From Armatimonadota bacterium (lineage in GTDB: Bacteria; Armatimonadota; Zipacnadia; Zipacnadales; UBA5352), in contig JAYENL010000241.1 of assembly GCA_034722055.1 (NCBI GenBank), positions 1-24,573 on the forward strand: 24,573 bases of DNA, read 5' to 3'. Under the pieces are notes generated by a model. It was given only the letters and a program-made list of their open reading frames with translations. It did no database searches and was not told the DNA's origin. A program made the translations under genes and the position numbers. Shown here piece by piece: positions 9,333-17,718 of this stretch. The number at the start of each line of letters is the position of its first letter. Position 1 is the stretch's first letter.

Positions 9333-10106
9333 CTACGGGAAGAGCACTACCGTCAGCGCCAGGTTCGCGGCATAGATGAGCATGATGCAGTAGACAACCG
9401 CCCGGGTGGTGGCGCGTCCCACCTCTTCGGAGGCCCTCTCGGTGTACAGCCCCTGGTGGCAGCCCACCACTGCGATGATGATTCCGAAGAAGACGGCTTT
9501 GATGACCCCCGCGGCCACCGTCCACAGGTCCAGGTTGTCCCCGATGCTGCCGAAATAGGCATCCGGCGTCAGTCCGGCGGTGGCGCTGGCCATGATATAG
9601 CCGCCCCCCACCCCGATGATGTCCGCCAGCAGCGCCAGCATGGGGACGGTCGTCAGCCCGGCGATGTACCGGGGGACCACCAGGTACTGAACCGGATCGG
9701 TCGCCATGGTGCGCAGGGCGTCGATCTGCTCGGTGACCTTCATGGTCCCGAGCTCAGCCGCCATCGCCGAGCCCGCGCGAGCCGCCACCACGATCGCCGT
9801 CAGCGCCGGACCCAGCTCGCGGCACATCGTCTCGGCCACAGCCCACCCTACGTACCCCGCCGCGCCCAACAGCGTCGCCTCATCGGCGACGTGGAAGGAG
9901 AAGACCATGCCCGAGAAGAGCATGGTAACTGCCACAATTGGCAGTGAGCTGACCCCAACGTTGGCCATCTGCTCGATGGTGGGCCGCAGCTCCACGTCGC
10001 CCCGCGACAGATGAACCAGAGTCCTCAGATGTAGCTCCGACGCCTCCCCGAAGTATGACAGCACCTTGAGAACGTGTCCGCCGAGGGCGGCGATGGCTGA
10101 CAGCAC
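9333..10106 (-). CDS. mlaE: MlaE family ABC transporter permease
   Basis: RELGPALTAIVVAARAGSAMAAELGTMKVTEQIDAL..M..DP..YLVVPR and VGRATTRAVV signatures; GTG start with GGAG RBS. Confidence 0.93.
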   Translation of the reverse strand: MLSAIAALGGHVLKVLSYFGEASELHLRTLVHLSRGDVELRPTIEQMANVGVSSLPIVAVTMLFSGMVFSFHVADEATLLGAAGYVGWAVAETMCRELGPALTAIVVAARAGSAMAAELGTMKVTEQIDALRTMATDPVQYLVVPRYIAGLTTVPMLALLADIIGVGGGYIMASATAGLTPDAYFGSIGDNLDLWTVAAGVIKAVFFGIIIAVVGCHQGLYTERASEEVGRATTRAVVYCIMLIYAANLALTVVLFP

Positions 10107-10153
10107 GCTGGAGGCTCCGTGATCGGGCTGGTACCCCGGGTGGCGTCAGGCGG

Positions 10154-10183
10154 ATTATACCGTCAGCCTGTGCGGGGAGTCAA
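10154..10183 (-). promoter_or_regulatory. Sigma70-type promoter for the mlaE..purM run
   Basis: Minus strand TTGACT (10183-10178), 18-nt spacer, TATAAT (10159-10154), about 48 nt upstream of the mlaE start; conspicuous against the GC-rich background. Confidence 0.75.
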
Positions 10184-10351
10184 GCTGGGCCCCGGACGGC
10201 GCTGCCGCCCCGCCTGAGGGTCACCGAGCGGCGGGATGCGATGCCAGCCGAGCGTCGTCCCCCGTGCCCTTCCTTGCCCCATGGAGGCCCGAGCCCGCCG
10301 CTGAGGGAACCTGTCTCTCGCGCGCGACACAGGCGATCCCGGAGGTGAGCG

Positions 10352-12061
10352 ATGCGCATCAGCTACGCACACGCACTGGTGTGCGCGGTGGGCCTGCAGG
10401 CGCTGTGCGGCCGGCTCTCAGCGCAGCCGGCGACCATCAGGCCCTATCTGGCTGAGCAGGGGGTGGAGGTGGACGCCTCCGGAGTCCTGCTGCGGCGCGA
10501 CGACGGCCAGGTCGTGGCGACATTCCGGGCCCCGCGCGACGGCGTCTACTCGGTGGGCGTGGCCCTGGAGGGCGAGAGCGTCACGCCGCTGGCGCCGGGC
10601 CTGACGGAGTGCAGGGCGGAGGACCTGGCGGAGCCGCTGGTGCTGCGCTACCCCTACGACTGGACCTACCACGAGAAGCGCAACGTGCTCAATCTTCCGC
10701 GTCTGGCGGCTCCGGGGCTGCTCATCGGGGAGTGGGGCGTCGCCGCCGACACCCACGACCTGTGGTCGCTGCGGCTTGAGGGCACCGACGATGGCCGCGT
10801 GCGGGCCATCCTGCTGGCGCACCGGTACCGCAACGATGGCGGGGATGCTGCCACCGCCGATCTTCACCTCGCTGCCGGCGAGGAGGTCACGCTCCGCATC
10901 CGCACTGCCGAGGGCCAGGATGCCTCCTGGGCGCTTACGCGCAGCGGTGAGAGGCGGCCCATCGACGGCCTCATGATGCAGGTCGCCTATCGGGGCTGGA
11001 CGGCCATTCACTACGAGCCCGAGCACTACCGGCGCATTGCAGAGGCCTGCGAGGGCGTCTACGACTGGATCATCGTGCGCGAGAATGCCACCCGAGACTG
11101 GATCCCGCCCATCCTGCACCAGCGCGGCATCAGGGCGCTGGCCTATCAGTACATCGGGGCGCTCCGCCGCTACTCGCCCCAGGTGACCGAGGCGCTTGAG
11201 GCCGAGTTGGGGATGCAGGGCGCGGGCGGGCAGCTCTATACCGGGCCATACTCGCCGGATGGCCCGTGGCTGCTGGCGGACATCCGCAGGCCCCAGGTCC
11301 GGGAGCTGTTCGTAGCCCGCGCGGCGGAGGCCGTCGAGGCCGGCTTCGACGGCATCTTCCTGGACGGCTCCATCTTCTGGCCCGACGCCACCGGCCGGCG
11401 CGGCGGCATCGTCCCCGGCGCCGAGCACTCCCTGGCCTGGGCGCACTGGGAGCTGCTGTCGGAGATCGTCGGGGCGGTCCACGAGGCCGACGAGGACGCC
11501 GTGGTGGGCGTGCTCGGCAACGACTACTACGACGCGCTGAGCGCGGCCGACTTCGTGCTCAAGGAGCGCATGTACTTCGCCTGGGACCAGTTCGCGCGCG
11601 AGCTTCCTGACAGGAGGACCAAGGTCCGCCAGGACCTGGACGTGGGCTTCGAGCGCGGCGAGGCGCCGCTGGTGCCCACCCGCCTGGCCTACGGCGTGAA
11701 GGGCTATAGCTCCATCTCGGTGCGCACGGCGCGGCACTTCGTCCGCGAGCCGACCGGGCTGTGGTACCTGGGCACCGGAGATCACACGCCCGAGCTGCTC
11801 GACGAGTGGCTGGACGCCATCGTGGCCCACGCCACCGAGGGCCTGCACGTGACGGAGATCGACCCGCCGGACTGCTGGCTGCACTTCGGGGGCCGCGATA
11901 CGATCTGGGCCGACCGGGCCTGCCGCATTGAGCTCTCGGGGCCGGCATGTCTGGCGGACGAGAATGGGACATGTCAGGGCTTGCACGGGACGCCCCTTGC
12001 GCTCGAGGCCGAACGCAGATACCGTCTGCTGCAGCAGTGTCCGGGAGGCGATCAGCAGTGA
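10352..12061 (+). CDS. Secreted hypothetical protein with putative TIM-barrel glycoside-hydrolase-like domain
   Basis: GGAGGTGA RBS; signal-peptide-like N-terminus; 'LADIRRPQVRELFV....AVEAGFDGIFLD' pattern seen in GH-like (beta/alpha)8 domains; native codon bias. Family not assignable by eye. Confidence 0.6.
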   Translation: MRISYAHALVCAVGLQALCGRLSAQPATIRPYLAEQGVEVDASGVLLRRDDGQVVATFRAPRDGVYSVGVALEGESVTPLAPGLTECRAEDLAEPLVLRYPYDWTYHEKRNVLNLPRLAAPGLLIGEWGVAADTHDLWSLRLEGTDDGRVRAILLAHRYRNDGGDAATADLHLAAGEEVTLRIRTAEGQDASWALTRSGERRPIDGLMMQVAYRGWTAIHYEPEHYRRIAEACEGVYDWIIVRENATRDWIPPILHQRGIRALAYQYIGALRRYSPQVTEALEAELGMQGAGGQLYTGPYSPDGPWLLADIRRPQVRELFVARAAEAVEAGFDGIFLDGSIFWPDATGRRGGIVPGAEHSLAWAHWELLSEIVGAVHEADEDAVVGVLGNDYYDALSAADFVLKERMYFAWDQFARELPDRRTKVRQDLDVGFERGEAPLVPTRLAYGVKGYSSISVRTARHFVREPTGLWYLGTGDHTPELLDEWLDAIVAHATEGLHVTEIDPPDCWLHFGGRDTIWADRACRIELSGPACLADENGTCQGLHGTPLALEAERRYRLLQQCPGGDQQ

Positions 12062-15000
12062 CCCGATACGTCGTGCTCGCCGCTGTGACCGCGCTTGTGC
12101 TCCTGGCACTGGGCCAGGCGACGGCGCCGGCCCAGACCATCGCACCTGAGGCCGGCGAGTGGTACGGGCAGACGCGCAACGGGGGCTTCGAGGCGGGGGG
12201 CGAGCTGCCCGAGTTCTGGCATCGCTTCCCGCCGCAGGAGCAGGAGTGGGGCATCTGCCGGCGCGACACCGAGGATGCGCACTCCGGGGAGGCCAGCGGC
12301 CTGCTCGTCAGCGAGGCCAAGCACCCGCCGGGCAAGGCCCCCGTGCAGTGGAACCGCTACGGCCTGCCTGTGGAGGGCGGCACCTCGCTGCTGGTCAGCT
12401 ACTGGGTCAAGAGCGACGGGCGCTGGGAGGGCCGCGCCGGCGCGCACTTCTATGACGCCGACGGCAACCACCTGGGCTATGAGACTCTCGATCCGCGCCA
12501 GGACACCACCGAGTGGACGCACGTGCAGGGCCTCATCCCGGTGCCCGAGCGCGCCGCGACGATGGGCTTCGCGCTCTATGGCGCCGATGAGCAGACCACC
12601 CGCTACGATGATGTCGTCTGCCTGGGCACGCCCTCTGTGGAGGCCGTCCGCGCCGCGCCACGGCTGGATGGAGTGCTCGATGACGGCTGCTGGCCGGACG
12701 AGCGGGCCATCACGCAGTTCATCGTGCACACCGGCGAGCGCCTGCCGACCTCGCAGCCCCGAGCGTGGATCGCCTACGACGACGAGGCGCTCTACGTAGC
12801 CTTCCAGTGCCCGCACCCGGGCGGTGCGGACCTGAAGGCCGACGCCACCGAGCACGATGGCGACACCTGGCTCGACGACTCCATCGAGGTGTTCCTCGAC
12901 CCCTGGCACGAGCACGACGATTACTACCAGCTCTGCGTCAACTGCCTGGGCGTAATCCGGGACACCCACCGCAAGGACACCGCGTGGGAGTCCGGTGCCA
13001 CGGCCTCGGTGCAGCGCCGGGACGACCGCTGGACGGTGGAGCTGGCGATCCCCTTTGATGCGCTGGGCCTGGACATGCGCGTGGGCGAGAGCTGGGGGAT
13101 AAACCTGGTGCGCAACGACCGCGTGAGAGGGGAGACCTCGACCTGGTCGCTGGAGGCCTTTCACCGCCCGGAACGCTTCGGCAACGTCGCCATGTCGCCG
13201 AACGTGACCCGCTACAAGCTGGCGGCCCTGGCGAGGCGCCTGCCGGAGTTGCAGCGCCGCTTAGCGGCGCTGCAGGCCGACGTGGGCCCCCTCCGGCTGG
13301 CGGAGGACGCGCGGGCGGCGGTCGAGCAGCAGCTTGCTGCGGCGAAGGCCGCGCTCACGCGGCTGGGGGAGGCCGCGGCGGAGCCACGCCGGCTCAGCGA
13401 GGATGAGTGGGGGAGCCTGCACGAGAGCTATGCCAGCATCGACACTGCGTTGCGGGAGGCGCGAACCATGGCGCTGCAGGGAGTGCTGCGGAGCGGCCCG
13501 GAGGGCTTCGGCGTGGCCATCGCCGGGCCGCTGCACAAGATCCGGCGGGAGGGCGAGGAGACCGAGGGCATCCTGGCCGACCACGTCGAGATGACCGCGG
13601 CGCGCGATGAGGCGGAGTCCTTCCAGCTCGTGGTGGTCGCCGGGCAGCAGGCGCTGAGCGGCGTGGAGGTGCAGGCGCCGCCGCTTCGCGGGGAGGGCGG
13701 CCAGATTCCGCTCACGTGGCGCATCGTGGACTACGTGGAGACCGCCGACCCCGGCTACGATGCCGAATACGTCGGCTGGTGGCCCGATCCGCTGCTGCCC
13801 GGGGCACCCTTCGACGTCGAGGCCGGACAGCGCCAGCCCGTCTGGTTCACCGTGGAGGTGCCGCCTGACGCCGCACCCGGCGAGTACTCGACGGAGGTCA
13901 CCGTCAGCCACGGCCAGCAGTCCGTGAGCGTTCCGGTGAGCCTGCGCGTGCGCAGCTTCCGGCTGCCTCGTCCGGGCACGCTGGCGACGGCCTTCGGGCT
14001 CTACGCCGGCGGGCTGGCCCGCTGGTGGTGGGAGGGCAAGCCCTACGAGGAGCACATGCCCATCGAGATGTTCCGCGACTGGTGCGAGTTCATGGGCCGC
14101 TATCGCCTCACGCCCAAGAACATCGCGCGGGAGTACCTCAGCCGCGGGACCGGCTTCTACCGCACCGACATCGAGCCCGGCAAGCCCATCACGGTCGATA
14201 TGAGCAATCTGCAGAAGACCGTGGCGCCGCTCGCGAGTGAGTACTTCGCACCGTACTCCTTCTGTCTGCATCGCCTGCCGACTGCCGGCAGCATGGACAA
14301 CTCCGCGCAGGGCACCGACCCGGAGGTCGCGGCGGCGATGTGCAAGGCCTACGCCGAGGAGTGGGAGCGGCAGGGCCTCCCGCGCGAGGTCTACATCTAC
14401 GGCTACGATGAGCCCAAGCCCGATCACTACCCGCAGCTTGTCGCGAACTATCGGGCCATCAAGCAGGCGGTGCCCGACTACCCCATCATGCAGACCATCA
14501 GCGACCCGGAGCCCGAGGAGCTGGTGGGGCTGGTGGACATCTGGTGCCCGCTGAGCCCGCGGGTGCTGGGCGACTTCTACCGACAGCGCCGCCGGGCCGG
14601 CGACACGCTGTGGATGTACACCTGCTGCGGTCCCAAGCCGCCGCACGCCAACTTCTTCGTGGACGAGCCGGCCATCGACCACCGCATCCTGTTCTGGCAG
14701 GCCCGGCAGGCCGGCGCCACCGGCTTCCTCTACTGGTTCGTCGCCTACTGGACCGGCCTGCCAAACGCCTCCGGCGACCAGCCGCACTTCCCGGACGTGC
14801 CCATCCACATGCGCGACCTGGGCACCTACGAGCGGTATAAGGACAACGGTGACGGCGTGCTCCTCTGGCCCGGCCGCGACCGTCAGCCGCTGGCCTCGAT
14901 CCGCCTGGAGTGCATCCGCGACGGCATCGAGGACTACGAGTACCTCGGGATTCTGTCTCGGCTGGTGGAGCGCGCGGAGCAGCTTTCCGCGGATGAACGA

Positions 15001-15165
15001 CCCGACGGCCACCTGCTCGCCGAGGCGGAGGCGCTGTGCATCGTGCCGGAGGAGATCTCGGAGAGCATGACGAGCTTCACGAAGAACCCGCAGGTGCTGC
15101 TGGATCGCCGCGAGGCCGTCGGGGATATGATCGAGCGGCTGGGCGAGGCGATCGCCGCCGAGTAG
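12058..15165 (+). CDS. Secreted multidomain putative glycoside hydrolase (CBM4/9-like + CBM9-like + coiled coil + GH123/DUF4091-like)
   Basis: GTG 12058 overlaps the upstream TGA (GTGA) with GGAGG RBS; signal peptide; NGGFE; LDGVLDD..W/YDDEALYVAF/DSIEVFLDP/WTVELAIPF; ARDEAESFQLVV, WPDPLLP, PVWFTVEVP.DAAPGEY, YDEP, GDGVLLWPG, SIRLECIRDGIEDYEYL. Confidence 0.75.
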   Translation: MTRYVVLAAVTALVLLALGQATAPAQTIAPEAGEWYGQTRNGGFEAGGELPEFWHRFPPQEQEWGICRRDTEDAHSGEASGLLVSEAKHPPGKAPVQWNRYGLPVEGGTSLLVSYWVKSDGRWEGRAGAHFYDADGNHLGYETLDPRQDTTEWTHVQGLIPVPERAATMGFALYGADEQTTRYDDVVCLGTPSVEAVRAAPRLDGVLDDGCWPDERAITQFIVHTGERLPTSQPRAWIAYDDEALYVAFQCPHPGGADLKADATEHDGDTWLDDSIEVFLDPWHEHDDYYQLCVNCLGVIRDTHRKDTAWESGATASVQRRDDRWTVELAIPFDALGLDMRVGESWGINLVRNDRVRGETSTWSLEAFHRPERFGNVAMSPNVTRYKLAALARRLPELQRRLAALQADVGPLRLAEDARAAVEQQLAAAKAALTRLGEAAAEPRRLSEDEWGSLHESYASIDTALREARTMALQGVLRSGPEGFGVAIAGPLHKIRREGEETEGILADHVEMTAARDEAESFQLVVVAGQQALSGVEVQAPPLRGEGGQIPLTWRIVDYVETADPGYDAEYVGWWPDPLLPGAPFDVEAGQRQPVWFTVEVPPDAAPGEYSTEVTVSHGQQSVSVPVSLRVRSFRLPRPGTLATAFGLYAGGLARWWWEGKPYEEHMPIEMFRDWCEFMGRYRLTPKNIAREYLSRGTGFYRTDIEPGKPITVDMSNLQKTVAPLASEYFAPYSFCLHRLPTAGSMDNSAQGTDPEVAAAMCKAYAEEWERQGLPREVYIYGYDEPKPDHYPQLVANYRAIKQAVPDYPIMQTISDPEPEELVGLVDIWCPLSPRVLGDFYRQRRRAGDTLWMYTCCGPKPPHANFFVDEPAIDHRILFWQARQAGATGFLYWFVAYWTGLPNASGDQPHFPDVPIHMRDLGTYERYKDNGDGVLLWPGRDRQPLASIRLECIRDGIEDYEYLGILSRLVERAEQLSADERPDGHLLAEAEALCIVPEEISESMTSFTKNPQVLLDRREAVGDMIERLGEAIAAE

Positions 15166-15187
15166 CCGGTCGGCAGTGACGAAGACG

Positions 15188-15226
15188 AACGGCAAACGGC
15201 CGGGGGGCTAAAGACGCCCCCGCTTC
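15188..15226 (-). repeat. Degenerate copy of the REP-like element at 71-109
   Basis: Exact 16-mer AACGGCAAACGGCCGG shared with 71-86, followed by a GGGGGC...GCCCCC hairpin and CGCTTCG (CGCTCCG in the first copy). Confidence 0.55.
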
Positions 15227-15259
15227 GGACGACTCGCCCGCATTATCCGCGTCGGTCGG

Positions 15260-15316
15260 CCTGCGCCTGAGGGCTTGCGTCAGGCGCAGGTGAGAGCGCG
15301 CTGCAGCGCGCTCTCA
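15260..15316. terminator. Two abutting hairpins between convergent genes (possible bidirectional terminator)
   Basis: CCTGCGCCTGA-N9-TCAGGCGCAGG (15260-15290) immediately followed by the perfect 26-bp palindrome TGAGAGCGCGCTG|CAGCGCGCTCTCA (15291-15316). Confidence 0.5.
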
Positions 15317-15450
15317 GCTTCCAGCCCGCCACACAGTGCTGACCTCTGACGCATCAACGCCCAGTCTCTCACCTGTGACGATAATGTTGACGAGTCCTCC
15401 TGGCCAGGGCAGGGAGAGCGACTGGACACCGGCAGTCCGAGGAGGCGCCC

Positions 15451-15837
15451 CTACCCCAGGACCTCCGCCAGCTCCTCAGCGGCCTCGCGCAGGTCCGGCA
15501 GGACGCTGGAGGCCGGCGTGAGGGCATCGGTCGTGGCGACCAGCACTGCATCGCCGCCCGCGGCCAGCGCGATGACGTGCGCGTCGGGGCCGCGGACGGT
15601 GGCCTCGCGCGGCTCGCCGCCTGTGAGCCCGCGGGCGGCCGTCTCCGCCGACGCCAGCAGGTCGGCGCCCAGCGCCGCGAGCGCCTCGGCGTCGGCCGCC
15701 TCCTCGACATCCCAGGCCAGCGGCAGGCCACTGCGCGTCGCCAGCACCGCGGCCTGCACCTGAGGCGTGGCGGCCCGGAGATCGCGCAGCCGAGTCGCGA
15801 CTCGCTTGGTGGTCTCCTCCAGTATGCCCTCTGCCAT
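15451..15837 (-). CDS. Roadblock/LC7 (MglB-like) domain protein, 128 aa
   Basis: L..L....P.VQAAVLATRSGLPLA......DAEALAAL pattern, V.G....V.....GGDAVLV and a C-terminal helix; ATG overlaps the upstream TGA (TGATG). Confidence 0.8.
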   Translation of the reverse strand: MAEGILEETTKRVATRLRDLRAATPQVQAAVLATRSGLPLAWDVEEAADAEALAALGADLLASAETAARGLTGGEPREATVRGPDAHVIALAAGGDAVLVATTDALTPASSVLPDLREAAEELAEVLG

Positions 15838-16871
15838 CAGCCCTCCAGGGGCAGGTCGATGGTGGCCCCGCCCTGCTCGGCGGACATGTCCATCGCCAGG
15901 CACACCTCGTGGGTGTTGACGGCGTCGGCGATGTCCACGTAGGAGTCCTCGCCGGACTCGATGCAGTCCAGGAAGTGGCTGATCTCGCCCTCAAAGGGAT
16001 GGTGCTCCACGTCGCCGCTGTCAGGCAGGATGGCGGGGACCTCGGCCCAGCCGTCCTGCTCGGGGAAGAGCGAGGTGGAGTAGACCTTGTTGTCGCGGAT
16101 GGAGCCCTCGTCGCCCAACAGATCGATGTTGAACTGGTAGGGCAGGATGCAGTCCACCGACGAGGAGATCTTGCCGATGGCCCCGGACTCGAACTTCACG
16201 GTGCCCACAACGGTGGCGGGGTACTCGTAGCGGTCGTCCCAGCCGCCGGCGTAGGCGCCGGAGACCTGAACGATGTCCGCGCCCACCAGCCAGCGGAGGG
16301 CGTCCACGGCGTGGCAGCCGCCGAACAGGAAGCTGGAGCCGCCGCTGGCCTTCGTGCGGGCCCACTCCCACCCGCTGTACCAGTCGCTGACCCCGTGCCA
16401 GTAGTCGCCCTCGGCGTAGAAGATGCTGCCGATGGCGCCCTCCTGCACCAGGCGCGCTGTGTTCATCAGCGAGGGGTTCCAACGCAGGCAGAAGCTGACC
16501 ACGGTCTTCACGCCCGCCCCGGCGACCGCATCGCGCAGCTCATGCAGGCCGGCCAGGTCGATGGCGATGGGCTTCTCCATGATGAAGTGCTTCCCGGCCT
16601 CGCAGCACCTCACGCCGTGCTCCACGTGGACGTGGTTGGGGCCTGTGATGGACAGCGCCTGCACGTTGTCGTCGGCGAGCAGCTCATCGAGGTCGGTGTA
16701 GATCGCCACGTCGCCCAGTCCGGCCTTGGCCGCCGCCGCCAGCGCGCTGGATTCCCGGCGACTCCCCACCGCCACGACCTCTGAGCGAGGGTCGGCAATG
16801 TAGGCATTGATATGCTCATCTGCGACCCAGCCGGCTCCGAATATCGCGCACCCGATCGTCTCGTTCGCCAT
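15837..16871 (-). CDS. Gfo/Idh/MocA family NAD(P)-dependent oxidoreductase
   Basis: GAGWVA..H Rossmann motif, GPNHVH, GKHFIMEKP, LRWNP, GG....GGCHAVD; GGAGG RBS before ATG 16871. Confidence 0.92.
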   Translation of the reverse strand: MANETIGCAIFGAGWVADEHINAYIADPRSEVVAVGSRRESSALAAAAKAGLGDVAIYTDLDELLADDNVQALSITGPNHVHVEHGVRCCEAGKHFIMEKPIAIDLAGLHELRDAVAGAGVKTVVSFCLRWNPSLMNTARLVQEGAIGSIFYAEGDYWHGVSDWYSGWEWARTKASGGSSFLFGGCHAVDALRWLVGADIVQVSGAYAGGWDDRYEYPATVVGTVKFESGAIGKISSSVDCILPYQFNIDLLGDEGSIRDNKVYSTSLFPEQDGWAEVPAILPDSGDVEHHPFEGEISHFLDCIESGEDSYVDIADAVNTHEVCLAMDMSAEQGGATIDLPLEG

Positions 16872-16937
16872 GGCGTGGCACCTCCGTTGCATCGGCGCCC
16901 ACCGCTGTCACGACTCAAGCGCCGGGCGGTCTTCACG

Positions 16938-17189
16938 TCACATCGGCATTCCGCACTGCCAGCAGGGATTCCTTCCGTGCGCGCCGGCGGCTTGGAGGCG
17001 GCCTGGCAGGAGGGGCCGGAATCCCGGCCACGGACCGGCACACCGGGTGCGGCCTGAGATTGTGAGTTGCGGCCGGGGGCGCCCACAACCCAGTACTGGG
17101 ACGCGGGCGCCCTCGCCCGCGCGTTCCACCGACACTTGGAATCCGCACCCGGCACACTTGCAGGGGACACGCAATACGCGGCACGTCAT
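16938..17189 (-). CDS. Possible small Cys-rich (zinc-ribbon-like) protein, 83 aa
   Basis: CKCAGCGF near the N-terminus and CWQCGMPM at the C-terminus; fills an otherwise empty gap between co-oriented genes. No clear RBS and weak codon bias. Confidence 0.3.
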   Translation of the reverse strand: MTCRVLRVPCKCAGCGFQVSVERAGEGARVPVLGCGRPRPQLTISGRTRCAGPWPGFRPLLPGRLQAAGAHGRNPCWQCGMPM

Positions 17190-17263
17190 CGCGCGAAGTG
17201 AGACAGGTCACCACGCGGGCAGCTCACGCTGCCGTGGGGAGTTGGCCGTCCTTGTGACGGGAC

Positions 17264-17605
17264 CTATCGACCCAACAGGATGTCCAGCCAGCTACGGCGA
17301 CCGCCCTTGCGGGAGCGGCTGGAGGTCGTCGGCCGGCTGGTCGCGCGGGCGGGCCGGCTCTCCTCCTCGCCCTCCTCGGGATCGCTCACCCCGAAGGTGT
17401 CGGGCGCCAGGCCAGCAATCCGGTGGTCGGCCTCCGGATCGTCGGAGACGTGCTCGCACTCGAGCTCCGGGTCCCCGGACATACTCCCGTAAGTGTCCAG
17501 GTCCTCCTGGGTCACCCGTATGTCGCCTATGCCGCGGACGAACACCACCCGTGGCGACGCCGGTGGGCCGAGTTGCGTCCAGCGCACCTTCAGCATCCTT
17601 GCCAC
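17264..17605 (-). CDS. Hypothetical protein, 113 aa
   Basis: GTG start after purine-rich GGAAGGGG; protein-like composition; TACACT -10-like hexamer upstream; hairpin at 17211-17237 downstream. Confidence 0.6.
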   Translation of the reverse strand: MARMLKVRWTQLGPPASPRVVFVRGIGDIRVTQEDLDTYGSMSGDPELECEHVSDDPEADHRIAGLAPDTFGVSDPEEGEEESRPARATSRPTTSSRSRKGGRRSWLDILLGR

Positions 17606-17718
17606 CCCCTTCCACGGCCTCGCGGCCGGCCGCGCCCTGGTCGGCCTGGCCTCCCCCCGGCGATCGGCCTCAGTGTACTACCGTGATACCCGGCGGGGCC
17701 GGGTCTCACGCCGCTGGG

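Noticed and set aside
10190..10345. Riboswitch in the leader of the GH-like gene pair
   Set aside because: GC-rich stems are present (GGACGGCGCT/AGCGTCGTCC) but no recognisable aptamer consensus; such stems are expected by chance at this GC content.
10418..15195. Long minus-strand ORFs (575, 370 and 644 aa)
   Set aside because: Antisense shadows of the two secreted GH-like genes, which have RBS, signal peptides and motifs.
15343..15442. Integron attC site, SRP RNA or 6S RNA
   Set aside because: No RYYYAAC/GTTRRRY ends, no SRP GGAA-loop consensus, and too short with no large central bubble for 6S; kept only as an unassigned structure.
16872..16940. Selenocysteine or readthrough fusion of the Cys-rich ORF to the in-frame oxidoreductase
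   Set aside because: Two TGA codons intervene, no SECIS-like hairpin was recognised, and the oxidoreductase has its own GGAGG RBS.
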